A stretch of 63,563 nt of DNA, filler included, from Octopus bimaculoides (taxonomy: Eukaryota): NCBI RefSeq assembly GCF_001194135.2. It is 7 parts of 6 records of this genome, joined end to end, with 100 filler letters (N's around TTAATTAATTAA, not from the genome) between each part and the next. Parts side by side here need not be neighbours in the genome. Positions count along the whole stretch, not along the records: positions 1 to 10,715 come from NC_069008.1; positions 10,816 to 33,609 come from NC_068988.1; 5 more parts are not named here. One strand, 5' to 3'. The notes under the pieces were generated by a model, which worked only from the letters and a program-made list of their open reading frames with translations, was not told where the DNA came from and did not search any database. The stretch's first letter is position 1; each line of letters starts with the position of its first letter. A program made the translations under genes and the position numbers. Shown piece by piece: positions 1 through 11,468 of the stretch.

Positions 1-144
1 TGAAAGACACAAATGGAAAACAAAAACAAACAACATAAAGAACGTCTCTTCATCAGTTGTTGGCTGTTTTTCTAGTCTTGTATTTCGAACATTTAACAAC
101 AACATACGCTTTCAATAAAACAGTTGCTCATATATATGTATATA

Positions 145-1398
145 TTGGGTCATCCCAAGTTTTTTTATACTTCTTTTTTATTTTCAAAATTAAGATAAGC
201 AAAGTTCTTTTTTAATTTAAAATATATTCTCCTTCATTTTATACAATACTCTTCTATCTATCAAGGCCCAGCTTCCAAAATTCATTTGTCCATGATGAAA
301 AATACTCCTCCAGTACTGTTCTGACCTCCTCTACAGAAGTCATAATTTTTCGCCCAAATGATTTTGAGGACTGTTGAATCAGATGGTGCAATGTCCGGTG
401 AATGTGGTGGGTGGGGCATCATGTTCCCATTCAAACTGCTCCAACCTTTGGAATGTCATCTTCATTGTATGTGGCTGAGCATTATTGTGATGGTAGAACA
501 CCTTTCGTCTTGAAACCAAAGATGGTCCTTTTTCTTCTAGCACTGACTTAAGCCACTCAAGCCGCTTGCAGTAGATCTCCTTTGTTATTGTTTGGTTTGG
601 GTTTAAAAGTTCAAAGTGGACTAAACACTTCATAGCCCATCAAACAGATAACAACAACTTACATGGGGGAAGACCGTCTTGAGCTTGGGTTGTCGATGTT
701 TCTCCTTTCCCTACTCACAGTCTTCAGTACTTGTCATTTTATAGAGAACACATTTCTCGTCCCCAGTTACTCTTCTGTCCAAAAAAGGCTCATTCATGAG
801 ACATGACAGCAAAAAAGAGTGCACATTCACTTTCTGCATGCAATTAAACTTGGAAAGTTTGTGAGGAAGCCATTCACCCAATTTGCTGACCTTTCCAATA
901 GCATGCAGGTGTCGATGAACGGTTGAATGACCAAATCCAAGCTTCTGTGCTAGTTCCTTAACAGTTATGATGGGATTTTCTTCCACCTGGGTTTGCAGGA
1001 TGTCCTTGTCAAGCTCTACAGATCTTCCAGATTGAGACTCTTCTTCCAGGCTGTAGTTTCTGGCTCAGAATTTCTGGAACCACCATACACTGGCTTACAC
1101 TTATTGTCCGATCCCCATATGCTGCATTAATATTCCTCACGCTTTCTGCTGCGTTGTTGCCTTTATTGAAGGCATAAAGCAAAATATGTTGAATATGCTC
1201 CTTTGTCACTTCCATTATAGCTTTGAAAAAATAACTGTTAAACTCGAACTACACTCTTCAAAACTTGCACTTAGAATAAGACAAAGGTAAAATTCTTACC
1301 TGCTTTTATTGCAAGTTGATGCAGATTGTTTATCCCATTCCCCTCCAACTTTTAATTCATGCAACTGAAAAAAACCGTATTATTTATAGGATGACCTA

Positions 1399-1399
<1 letters not shown>
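145..1399 (-). mobile_element. Full-length decayed mariner (D,D34D) DNA transposon
   Basis: Minus-strand ORF pieces 1009-1215 (HTH, MEVTKEHIQHILLYAFNKG), 711-986 (STVHRHLHAIGKVSKLGEWLPHKL, VTGDEK) and 379-633 (VHFELL, HHNNAQPH) followed by HPPHSPDIAPSD. Imperfect TIRs TTGGGTCATCC (145) and GGATGACCTAA (ends 1399), each flanked by TA; length ~1.25 kb. Confidence 0.93.
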
Positions 1400-1480
<81 letters not shown>

Positions 1481-1519
1481 ATAGATAGATACATACATAC
1501 ACCGGCACAAATATCCATA

Positions 1520-1840
1520 TCTATATATATAAAACTGAGAATGTTTGTCTGTCTGTGTGGATAACTAAAACTTGAGAACTACCCAACCAATTTCATTCAA
1601 ATTTTATACATGCCTTACTTAGGGCCCATGCAGTGTCATGAGCTCAACTTCTTGCCTAATGCGAGCCCAGAACAATCTCTTATCTCTTACAATATATCAG
1701 TGTTACAAGTCAAAAGTGAAACAATAACATCTATACTGTAATGTGAGATAATACTTTCAGTTTTAATAGGAGGTTTCACTATTAATACTTTCACTTTGTG
1801 TATACATATTAGTTTTATTTCTATTACTTTTACTATGTAT
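1520..1840 (+). mobile_element. Probable 5' portion of a non-autonomous Helitron-like element
   Basis: A|TCTATATATATAAAACTGAGAATG...GTCTGTCTG start followed by CAACCAATTTCATTCAAATT, which resembles the motif near the 5' side of the Helitron at ~63480 (minus strand). The 3' end is lost in the gap. Confidence 0.5.
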
Positions 1841-1946
1841 TNNNNNNNNNNNNNNNNNNNNNNNNNNNNNNNNNNNNNNNNNNNNNNNNNNNNNNNNNNN
1901 NNNNNNNNNNNNNNNNNNNNNNNNNNNNNNNNNNNNNNNNNTCTCT

Positions 1947-1983
<37 letters not shown>

Positions 1984-2319
1984 AACACATATATCTATTA
2001 TTCAGAGTTCAAGGAGAGTAAAGTTCACAAGAGATTCATTATGCAGATAACTCTAGAACAAATATATTTATCAGATTTTTTAGTTTTAGCAAATGCTTCA
2101 ATTCTGTTATAGGGTATGCTATCTGTATATAGATGTGTATGTGTTGATAAGAGAAAGCTTCATAGTCTCATTATAATGTTGACCATACATTTGTTAGGCA
2201 GTGGGTTTGTCTGACTGGGCAGTGTGTTGTGTTTCTGAATAAGGCACACATTGGTCCTGTACACTCAGCAGAAAATTTGTACTCAGTGACACTTGGGCAC
2301 CTTGCAATGGCTCAGGGAG

Positions 2320-3250
2320 GAGTCTCCCAGACTTAATGCTTTGAGTATGCTCCGATGGATGTGTAATGTCAGTGTGCATACTAGACAGAGTGTAAGTACC
2401 TTGAGAGAAAAGTTGAACCTAAGCAGCATCAGTTGTGGTGTACAAGAGAGACGATTGCGATGGTATGGTCATGTGGCGAGAATGGATGAGGATAGCTGTG
2501 TAAAAAAGTGCCACACCCTAGCAGTTGAGGGAACCTGTGAAAGAGGTAGGCCCAGGAAGACCTGGGATGAGGTGGTGAAGCACAACCTTCGAACATTAGG
2601 CCTCACTGAGGCAATGACTTCTAACCGAGACCTTTGGAAATATGCTGTGCGTGAGAAGACCTGGCAAGCCAGTTGAAACCTAAATCTAAGGCCTCAGCCA
2701 GCTCACTTATGCATACCTTCCTTCAGTGGACACTAAACTCTGCTTGCGAAGACCTACTGAGGCAAGTGAAATCGAAATCGAATTAAATTCGACGACTAGC
2801 ACCCATGCCAATATCGTCTCCTCCACTGGACATGAAACTCGGCTTGCGAAGACCTGTTGGGGGGCAAGCGAAAGCGAAATCGTGATGGCACCTGTGCCCA
2901 GCATCGCCTTCCTGGCACTTGTGCCGGATGGCACGTGTAAAGACATTCGAGTGAGATCGTTGCCAGTGCCGCTGAACTGGCTCCTGTGCTGGTGGCACAT
3001 AAAATACACCATTTTGAGTGTGGCTGTTGCCAGTACTGCCTGAATGGCCTTCATGCCAGTGGCACGTAAAAGCACCCACTATACTCTCTGAGTGGTTGGC
3101 ATTAGGAAGGGCATCCAGCTGTAGAAACTCTGCCAAATCAGATTGGAGTCTGGTGTAGCGATCTGGTTTCACCAGTCCTCATTCAAATCGTCCAACCCAT
3201 GCTAGCATGGAAAGCGGACGTTAAACGACGACGACGATGATGATGATGAT
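2320..3250 (+). mobile_element. 5'-truncated RTE-clade LINE (ORF C-terminus + 3' UTR + GAC/GAT tail)
   Basis: ORF 2293-2676 contains MLRWMCNV...RRLRWYGHVARMDE...RGRPRKTWDEVV, an RTE C-terminal signature. The 3' UTR ends CATGGAAAGCGGACGTTAAAC(GAC)n(GAT)n. Confidence 0.9.
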
Positions 3251-3324
3251 GAATGCTTTACACTCCAGCTTCTTAGTCATTGAGGCTCTAAGCATAGTTA
3301 CTCATATACAAAATGGCTGATAGT

Positions 3325-3525
3325 TAGCAAGGTGAGACACACATAAGAAGGAAGGAAACAAAGGACCACTGATGAGGTCACAGAAGTGTGATGAAAGAAC
3401 TCTGGCCGAAATAAGATTAAGATTAATGTAATATAAAGCTGAAGCAAATTAACACCAAATATACAGTGCGTGTGTTTTTATTGGCTAAACTGGCAATATG
3501 ACCATCCCCAAGTACAACAACATAT
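3325..3525 (+). repeat. Dispersed repeat carrying a hammerhead motif (probable Penelope-like pseudo-LTR)
   Basis: Alignable by eye to 53283-53445 (GAGACAC...GTGTGAYGAAAG...AAAGCTGAA...CCAAATATAYAGTGC...ATGACCATCCCC.AGTA). The Penelope assignment is inferred from the ribozyme type. Confidence 0.65.
3363..3407 (+). ncRNA. Minimal type I hammerhead ribozyme motif
   Basis: Stem I GG(A)CCA/TGGCC; core CTGATGA 3369-3375; extra G; stem II GTCACA-GAAG-TGTGAT; GAAA 3393-3396; 2-bp stem III AG/CT with AA loop; CUC triplet (C17=3402). Confidence 0.8.
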
Positions 3526-3703
3526 ATATAATTGTTAAACAGGACAGCAAATGTAGAAAATATTTTAGTGGGGGAACACACACGTGGTTGGACATATATA
3601 TATATATATATATATATATNNNNNNNNNNNNNNNNNNNNNNNNNNNNNNNNNNNNNNNNNNNNNNNNNNNNNNNNNNNNNNNNNNNNNNNNNNNNNNNNA
3701 AAG

Positions 3704-3830
3704 ATGAAAAAACCCAGATTTATTTTACAGGATTAAGGAGTGAAAGTACAAAATCTTATTTTGTATAATATCTTTATTATTATGACTCTAATATACTCGT
3801 TAATCCTGTAAAAAAAATCTGTTTTTTCAT
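3704..3830. repeat. Inverted repeat, MITE-like (~37-bp arms, ~53-bp spacer)
   Basis: ATGAAAAAACCCAGATTTATTTTACAGGATTAAGGAGT (3704-3741) versus the reverse complement of 3795-3830, ATGAAAAAACAGATTTTTTTTACAGGATTAACGAGT. Confidence 0.7.
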
Positions 3831-3858
3831 TTTTTTCTCTTTCTGTGTATATATATTA

Positions 3859-4070
3859 TCTTTTACTTGTTTCAGTGAGTAGACTATAGCCATTCTGAGG
3901 CACCACCTTGGAGAATTTTTAGCCAAATGAATCGAACCCAGTATATATTTTAAAGTCTGGTACTTATTCTATCAGCCCCTTTTGCCAAACAGCTAAGTTA
4001 TGGGGATGTAAACACACCAACACCAGTTGTCAAATGGTGGTGGGGCACAAACACAGACACAAAGATGCAC
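3859..4070 (-). mobile_element. SINE family B, 3' tail copy
   Basis: Reverse complement of the tail seen at 28000-28175 and 39740-39890 (GTTTAC.TCCCC.TAACTTAGC...GATAGAATAAGTAC...TGACTGAAACAAGTAAAAGA). Confidence 0.8.
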
Positions 4071-4083
4071 AGAGATATATATT

Positions 4084-4273
4084 CTTTTATTCTTTTATTT
4101 GTTTCAGTCATTTGATTGTGACCATGCTGGAGCACTGCTTTTAGTCGAAGAAATCAAGCCCAGGACTTATTCTTTGTAAGCCTAGCACTTATTCTATCGG
4201 TCTCATTAGCAAAACTGCTAAGTTATGGGAACATAAACACACCAACATCAGTTGTCAAGCGTTGGTGGGGGGA

Positions 4274-4280
<7 letters not shown>
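4084..4280 (-). mobile_element. SINE family B, 3' tail copy (tandem with previous)
   Basis: Same tail motifs, directly adjacent to 3859-4070. Confidence 0.8.
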
Positions 4281-4320
<40 letters not shown>

Positions 4321-4339
4321 GCAACGGACATTGTCAGTA

Positions 4340-4585
4340 AGATGAGGTGTTGTCAATGAGTACAGTGAAAGATTCAGCGTACAAGTAGGGGTTCATCAAA
4401 GATCAGTCTTCAGCCCCCCCCCACCCCTCTTGTTCATAATAGTCCTCCAGACAATAACAGAGGAATTTAAGACAGGCTGCCCCTGGGAGCTCTTCTATGC
4501 TGATGACCTTCTTATAGCCGAATCACTATCAAAATCAGAGAAATTTCAGGTATGGAAGCAAGGTCTAGAATTGAAGGGCCTTTTA
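4340..4585 (+). pseudogene. RTE reverse transcriptase fragment
   Basis: Translates to RFSVQVGVHQRSVFSP..LFIIVLQTITEEFKTGCPWELFYADDL..AES...FQVWKQGLELKG, containing the RT GVHQGS-like and YADD motifs. Confidence 0.88.
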
Positions 4586-4980
4586 TTTATGTTTCCAGGA
4601 CTAGTTGGATACTTTTTCTCTCAACTATGAGCTGTATGGTATTGAGAGTAGAAGAAAATATGACAGGATATAAAATAAGTACAGTGAATAGGAGAAAGGA
4701 TGATGGGAAGATGAGAGGGTGTAGAATAGGCAATAGGCATGAAAGACATTCACCACCCCACTATTTTACTGAGCTTGCATGAGAGAACAGGTCTGTTGCA
4801 GTATTGTGTATTTCTCGTCAACATATTCCTTTGTCATCTCTTTCATTCAATATAATATCTTGAAGTCCTTTTGTGTTTATTGTTTATGTTAGAAATGCCT
4901 AATGGAATTTTTATTGACTCCTTTTCCACATATCCTTCTGCTATAAGGATCATGTCTTCTTTCCTCATTACTGAAACCTT

Positions 4981-5245
4981 TGTCTTTTTGCTAAGTTTAC
5001 TTTAAGGTCCTTTATTTCCAGGTTTTGCTTTTGTGACTGGAATTTTGCTTCAGTTTGCCTACAGATTCTGCTTTAAGTCATCAGCATACCAGATTTCTCA
5101 AACTGGTCTGTTATAGCGTGAAGCACTATAATAAACAGGATAACTGAGGCTTAAAGGTCCCTTACCTGCATACTGAATTTGCTGCCGATTCTCACTTTGC
5201 TGACTGCACCTCTGTATATAGTTTGTTTGGCCATCACAAGCTATG
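4981..5245 (-). pseudogene. RTE reverse transcriptase fragment, more decayed
   Basis: Minus strand gives SKVRIGSKFSMQV...LFIIVLHAITDQFE...YADDL..AESVGKL...LKVNLAK with frameshifts; homologous to 4340-4585. Confidence 0.72.
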
Positions 5246-6559
5246 CATCCACCTCTAATTTACTCATTGACCCTCCAGGCTGGCAAACGCTTACACCTAA
5301 GTACTTCTTTAGAGGTGCCATTTTCTTGAGAGAGCAAACACATTCTTAGATATATAACATATATACTTGATATTTTAAGTTGACAGTTCACTCCTCAAAG
5401 AAAATTTGCAATCTTAAAAATTACATCAGATTGCATGATGAAAGGGGTAATTCTGCTAGCCAGGATTAATTGCTGCCAATAGCAATAAACTTTTATGGTA
5501 GTTATTATCATGAGCATCTATAATGTTGCTCAATGTTCATCATTATCTTCAGGCTGGAATAGGTGACAGGTGAAACGTCAACCCTTCACATTCTATGGAG
5601 GGCTCAAGGGTAATTTGATGCATCAATGAGGATGGTTTTCAAAGTGTCTACTGAAGGACTTTCCATGTCAGAGATTATGAACAATTTCTGTGAGTCCTTG
5701 ACTTTACGGTATAGTGGGGTGCTTTGTATGTTTGGGCCAAACTCTACAAGCATGGCCATGTTGGAGCTACCAGAAGTCAAACTCATCCAAGGTACATGTT
5801 CTATTTCAGTATCTAAGCATTGCTGATTAGTGACTTTATATCAAACAGCTGTTATCACATACATGATGGATCTGGCTATCGGCCAAGTTCATTGTGAAGG
5901 TCAACATACCATCTGGTTGCTATGGTCAGGAAGGTTGTATAGTGGTTGAATGGTTTGAGAACAGTGCTTTCTTTATCTTATTCAAGTACCCCTCAAAAGG
6001 GAGGTGGGGTGGAGGAATATTGTCTTCCATTAAATCCTTTATAAAAGTTGAGTAAGAGTGGCCAAAGTGGCATGGCTAAATGTATCCACATTTATTGTAT
6101 ATCAAAAACAAGAAAAAAACTTTTGCCTTTAGTTTGTCTGGGAAATTATTATTTTGTACTGAAGGAATACAATTAACTGAAGCATGAATTAGCCAGGATA
6201 ATTTATGACTCAGTTACTTGGAGTTGAAAGTTTGTGGTGGACTAGTGTATGTTACTGGTGTACCAAGGCTTCTTGTTAAAGTATTTGGAATTTGGTTCAT
6301 ACCTTGAGGGCATATCCTAGCACTTGCCACCATTTACTCTTCCTTCCTTACTTGACCATCCCATCTATGCTCTGATCCCCGTCCCTTATGAGTATACCCT
6401 AGCACTTTGCCACCATCTCTTTCCTGCTCTCTGTTGCACTCATTTTCTCCCATTCTCTCTCTTTCCTCTTGCTCTTCTCTCTGGCTGGGTAACTATGTAT
6501 CTCCTTTACAGCAGCATGCTTGTTTTTGCCCTCTTGTTAATGCTCCCTCCTTCTCCTTC

Positions 6560-6632
<73 letters not shown>

Positions 6633-6649
6633 CTGGGTAACCATGTACC

Positions 6650-6990
6650 TCCTCTATAGCAAGACACCTGTTTCTTTCTCTCTGTCATCATCTGACACAA
6701 GCTCACCTCCTCCAACGCCCCTTCCCCTCTCAAAATTCCTTGTCTTGCAAGTTAGTTGGTGACCCTGCCAATGCTGGTACCACATAAAAGGCATCCAGTC
6801 CACACTATAAAAATCACTCAGCCTACTCTGTGGGGGAGGTTGGTGTTAGGAAGGGTATCCAGCCATAAAAACCATGCCAAAACAGATACAGAAATATGGT
6901 GCAGTCTTCTGCTGGCCAGCTCTTGTCAAAGCAGCCAACCCATGCCTCCCATGCCTGCATGGAAGGCGGATGTTAAATGATGATGATATG
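6650..6990 (+). mobile_element. RTE-tail-bearing retroposon (SINE or short LINE end)
   Basis: Contains TTAGGAAGGG.ATCCAGC...CAACCCATGC...CATGGAAGGCGGATGTTAAATGATGATGAT, the 3' end shared with 2320-3250. Confidence 0.75.
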
Positions 6991-7137
6991 TATACTTGTT
7001 TGGTATTAACTGTTATAAAATAAGAGAAGAGTATACTCAATAACTGGTAGAGATTAATATTTTATTTGGGTCCCAATGTTTGTGTGTGTGTGTGCAGACA
7101 CACACATCGACTTTATACATTTACATATGCATATATA

Positions 7138-8636
7138 CCAAGTGTATTAGCAAAACTGTTCAAATTTTAGATTCAGCTTCAAACTTTTGTATTTCAGGAA
7201 TGCTTTATGGAATTATCAAAAGTTTTCCCAATACTATTGGACTCTGCTTTGAGCAAGAGAAAATGTTGATTACTCTCCAAGCTCACCAGAAGAATCATGA
7301 TAAAGTTGATGAAGGACGAAAATGACATTTTCATAAAAAATTAACCATAGCTCAGGATTGAGAACTCATAAAGGATTGAAATAAAGTTCAAATAGAAGCT
7401 TAAAGTCTTATTTCAAAGTGCTACCTGTTAGGCATCAAGAGTTGATCCTCTTTTGGCAATGACTTCCTCGGCCTTCTTCCTGACTGTACCTCAAGCTTTC
7501 TTAATGAATTACTCATCAATGCCTTCCTCCTATGGATGGAGTTTTTTAAGGGCTTGCAAGTAGGACTTCTCACAAACTTTTCTGACCAGTTCATTCCAGA
7601 TGCTGAAGTCTAAAGGGTTGAGATCAAGTGATGAAGTGGGTTGTATCCTTACTCCAAAAACCTCTTCCTAAACTCATCCCTGAGAAATTTTTGAGCCACT
7701 GCACCTGTGTGACAAGGAGCTCCATCTTGCTGGTATGTAACCTTGAAGTCCTTAATGATTTTGGTGGGGTTTCCCTTGACTCTTGCCTCAAGATATTCAG
7801 AAAGAATCCAGGTCTTTACATCTTTCAAAACTTGAACAAAACAAATTCTTGTCAGATTCTCAGCCTTCTCAAAGATGATCAATGGTATTTTCTTGCCACC
7901 AGAGACCACCTGAAAAATGGCTTTTGACTCTCTTGTGAGGATCTAAAGCCAGAAGGCAGCTGTTGCATCCGTTTGTGTGTGTATTTGAATGAAATTCTTC
8001 TTATCTGTGTAAAAGATCACTCCAGGATTAAGTTTCACTTTGTTCAAGATGATCTTCACTCTCTCCAACCTTCTAACTTTTGTCCTGGAGTAACAAGGTG
8101 CCTCACAGATCTCAATGATTTCATGTTCAAGTCTTCTGTCACCACTCTTTAGACTTCCATAGCTGTAACTCCTCTTATGTGCCAAACGTCTTGTGAATTG
8201 AGTTGAATCTCTTCTGATTGATCTCTTCAGCTCTAGATTGAAATGATGATCCCTCTTGCAGTTATGACCTCCTGATCCAGTTTTCCTTTCTACTATTTCC
8301 TCTTTCTCAAACTTATTCACAATTTTCTTGATGGTTCTTGAATGGACTTTGAAGATAGAAACTAGAGAATGTGTGTTGGTACCATTACTGAAGGCCTGGA
8401 TGATCTTAGCCCTCTCAACATTGCTCAGTTGGGAAGACATGGTGAGGCTGGCGATTTCAACCTCTTCTCTTTCTAGCTAAATATCTCAATGGGTATTTCA
8501 CTGATTCTTACAAAAACTAGTGTCAATGTAGCCAGATGTCTTATCTGGGAAAATGAAAAATTGCTAATCGATTAGTTTATTGGTTTTAAGAAGTTTTAAG
8601 AATTTGTGAGATTGACAATTTTGCTGTTACTCTTGG
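7138..8636 (-). mobile_element. Decayed Tc1/mariner-superfamily transposon, DD37D (maT)-like
   Basis: ORF 7943-8440 (N-terminal HTH, IFYTDKKNF), ORF 7649-7909 (YQQDGAPCHT), then frameshifted DLNPLDFSIWNEL. TIRs CCAAGTGTATTAGCAAAACTGT (7138) and the reverse complement of ...ACAATTTTGCTGTTACTCTTGG (ends 8636); TA on the left, TG on the right. The frameshift prevents an exact D-D count (~37-38). Confidence 0.85.
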
Positions 8637-9090
8637 TGTGTGTGTGTTCATATTTGATTTCTTTTGCTACTACTTGTTTTTCAATCATGGTAGATGGAAA
8701 GCTCCTTATGCATCTCACTCCCACCACACCCTTCCTATTTACTACAACTGCTTCTGTAATTTTTCCTAGCATTATACACCCTCACCCTTCACCAGTGAGT
8801 CAATAACAGAAATCATTACTATATCACTGTTGGTACCACAAACACCACTGCTACCACTACCATTATTATTATTATTATCATTATTATTATTATTATTATC
8901 ATTAATGATAAACTGTGATGACCTAACCATTTCTCTCTTTTTTTCTCTCTCTCTCTGATAAATCTATCAGCCTAGGCAATAATCAATAGATCAGTCTACA
9001 TGAACACACGTGTGTATGTGTATGATTGTACCTATGTATGTATGAATAGGTGTATTAGCAGTATCTACAGGACACAAACTTGACAAACAC

Positions 9091-9123
<33 letters not shown>

Positions 9124-9124
9124 A

Positions 9125-9245
9125 AGACAAGTCAAGTCCCAGTACATGACACCTTGGGCAAAAGTATCTTCTACTATAGCCTTGAGCCAACCAAAGCCTT
9201 ATGAGTGGATCTGGTTGATGGAAACTGAAAGAAACTCATTGTATG
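9125..9245 (+). mobile_element. SINE family B, 5'/central fragment
   Basis: CACCTTGGGCAAAAGTATCTTCTACTATAGCC...CCAAAGCCTT.TGAGTGGAT.TGGT.GA.GGAAACTGAAAGAA matches 27129-27280. Confidence 0.75.
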
Positions 9246-9252
9246 TATCTTT

Positions 9253-9900
9253 TACTGTGAAAACACATGTAATTTACACACTTTTTTTCACAAAAATAGA
9301 AATAAACTTTAAGGGGTGCATAAATTACGAGTAGATCATTTCCAGAATTTATTTTGAAAATTTTTTTTTGTTGCAAAATGATGTACAAAATGTAAACATT
9401 CATACTGGAAGTTGACTCATTTAATGTCAAAATAGGTTTTTGCAGAAAAAAATAATGGCTTAAATATAATGAAGTTGACTTTTATTTATGCTGGACGGTA
9501 TAATGCTTATATTTTCTGTATAAATTTATTAAAACCGTTAAATGATTAACTACTTTTTGAAGTCTGACGTTCATGTTGGTAAACACAGTCCAGGCCATAT
9601 TTTACATTGCTTGCAGTTTCTACCTATCACAATGGAACACCATTGACATACATACTGATATGGACATTCCTGACTGAAAAAATGTAATGATATGGATAAT
9701 CTTGATTGTATGTTTTGTTTTTGTCTATTTATTACTAGGCACAGTTTTAAGTTTGTCATACTGTTTACGCCAACTTCATTAACATTAAAATGCCTTCCCA
9801 GCAGCTCTATTGCTACATTCAAATGCATATTCAACATATTTAATTTCTCCTTCACAGTAAATGATTCATATGTTCTGCCCATACTGACAATAACAGCAAT
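9253..9900 (-). mobile_element. pogo/Tigger-like remnant with Brinker-type DNA-binding domain fragment
   Basis: Minus strand 9780-9882 reads YESFTVKEKL / VEYAFECSNRAAG / RHFNVNE across frameshifts, like a pogo N-terminus. The 9253-9330 end has subterminal inverted motifs TAATTTACACAC and GTGCATAAATTA. Confidence 0.55.
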
Positions 9901-10319
9901 GACAAATTTTAAAGTTTGCTTGACATTTTATCAGTGTGAAAGAGATTAAAATTTTGATACTCTGTATCAAAGGTTCCGATAAGAATAGGTGGAAAAAAAT
10001 TCTGTTTACATAATCAGTTTGATCGGTCACCTTCCTCTGTCAGTTGAGTAAAGTGTCATCCAAGCTGATGTTTATTGGTAATTAAACTTAATTTGCAACA
10101 CCTGTGCATATTTATCAGCCTTGTTTTTGTTGGTAATTCTTATCAACAACTTTTCCTGTGATTGTGATTTAAGAAGATATACAGCAGTATTCTAAAGATC
10201 AGACATTTCTTGTGGGCAAGAAATGTAAAATAAAGTTTATTATAAACAACACAAGCACTTTGTAATTTAATAGCTTTCAATGTGATACCTGTTAAACAAA
10301 AATTGTTTTTATTTAACGG

Positions 10320-10715
10320 TGCATACTCAACAGAGTGTAAGTACCTTGAGAGAAAAGTGAACCTAAGAAACATCAATTGTGGTGTGCAAGAGAGACGATT
10401 GCGCTGGTATGGTCATGTGGCAAGAATGGATGAGGATAGCTGTGTGAAAAAGTACCACACCCTAGCAGTTGAAGGAACCTATGGAAGAGGTAGGCCCAGG
10501 AAGACCTGGGATGAGGTGGTGAAGCACGACCTTCGAACTTTAGGCCTCACCGAGGCAATGACTTGTGACTGAGACTTTTGGAAATATGCAGTGCATGAGA
10601 AAACCCGGCAAGCCAAGTGAGACCATAATCTGAGGCCTCTGCCAGGGGTGTAGCCAGCCCACTTATGCGTACCTTTCCTTCATTGGACACTAAACTCTGT
10701 TTGCAAAGACCTGTT
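10320..10715 (+). mobile_element. Second copy of the RTE LINE 3' end
   Basis: CGVQERRLRWYGHVARMDEDSCVKKYHTLAVEGTYGRGRPRKTWDEVVKHDLRTLGLTEAMT, near-identical to 2293-2676; interrupted by a gap. Confidence 0.9.
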
Positions 10716-10815
10716 NNNNNNNNNNNNNNNNNNNNNNNNNNNNNNNNNNNNNNNNNNNNTTAATTAATTAANNNNNNNNNNNNNNNNNNNNNNNNNNNNN
10801 NNNNNNNNNNNNNNN
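10716..10815. other. Assembly spacer N44-TTAATTAATTAA-N44 (12-mer also at 33654, 45770, 51505, 57031, 61306)
   Basis: The same 12-mer, with stop codons in all six frames, is centred in N runs six times. Confidence 0.95.
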
Positions 10816-11417
10816 GTACACATATGTCTCTATACGTATGGGTATTCATGTTTGCATATCCAGGCTCCTAAGTGCTTGGTCCAAACCCTTCACCCCTACC
10901 TCCACCTACCTCATCCACTTCTAGACATTCGCATCTTCTCTTTTCTTTTCTTTTTTTTTTCTACCCGGAAGTGATTGTAAGAAGACATGTTAGGTGTGCG
11001 ATGTCTCGAGCCGGGTTTAGTCAGCACAACACCAGCATCCACAGAGGAAGCAGGCTAAACTCTATTTCCAAACAGGCTGTTTATGTTGGAATTTTATGTT
11101 GTTTATTTTCAGAATGTTCTTGCTAAAAATGAGGGCGTAACGTTAACAAATGATTCCGTATTAAAGATATGGTCGTAAAATAAATACATAATATATAGAA
11201 GAAATATCTTTGTGTACATATGTGCCTCTTTGTCTCTCTGTTTGCCTGTCTGTCTGCCTGCCAGCCTGCCTGTTTGTTTGTCTATCTATCTACCTATCTA
11301 TATATATATATATGCATTTATATTTCTGTATATGTGTATATAAGTATATATATGCATTGGTACATATATATCATACATATGTAATTACGTATGCGTGTAT
11401 ATATATTTATATATATA

Positions 11418-11468
<51 letters not shown>

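Noticed and set aside
44-130. Minus-strand CTGATGA and GAAAGCGTA-TGTTG words at the window start
   Set aside because: The two halves are in the wrong order with no stem II between them; at most a partial Penelope-like end.
4498-5090. CTGATGA at ~4500 (+) and ~5080 (-)
   Set aside because: These are the codons of the RT YADD motif.
6100-6340. Possible Penelope C-terminal remnant on the minus strand
   Set aside because: Too degraded; no diagnostic motif could be read with confidence.
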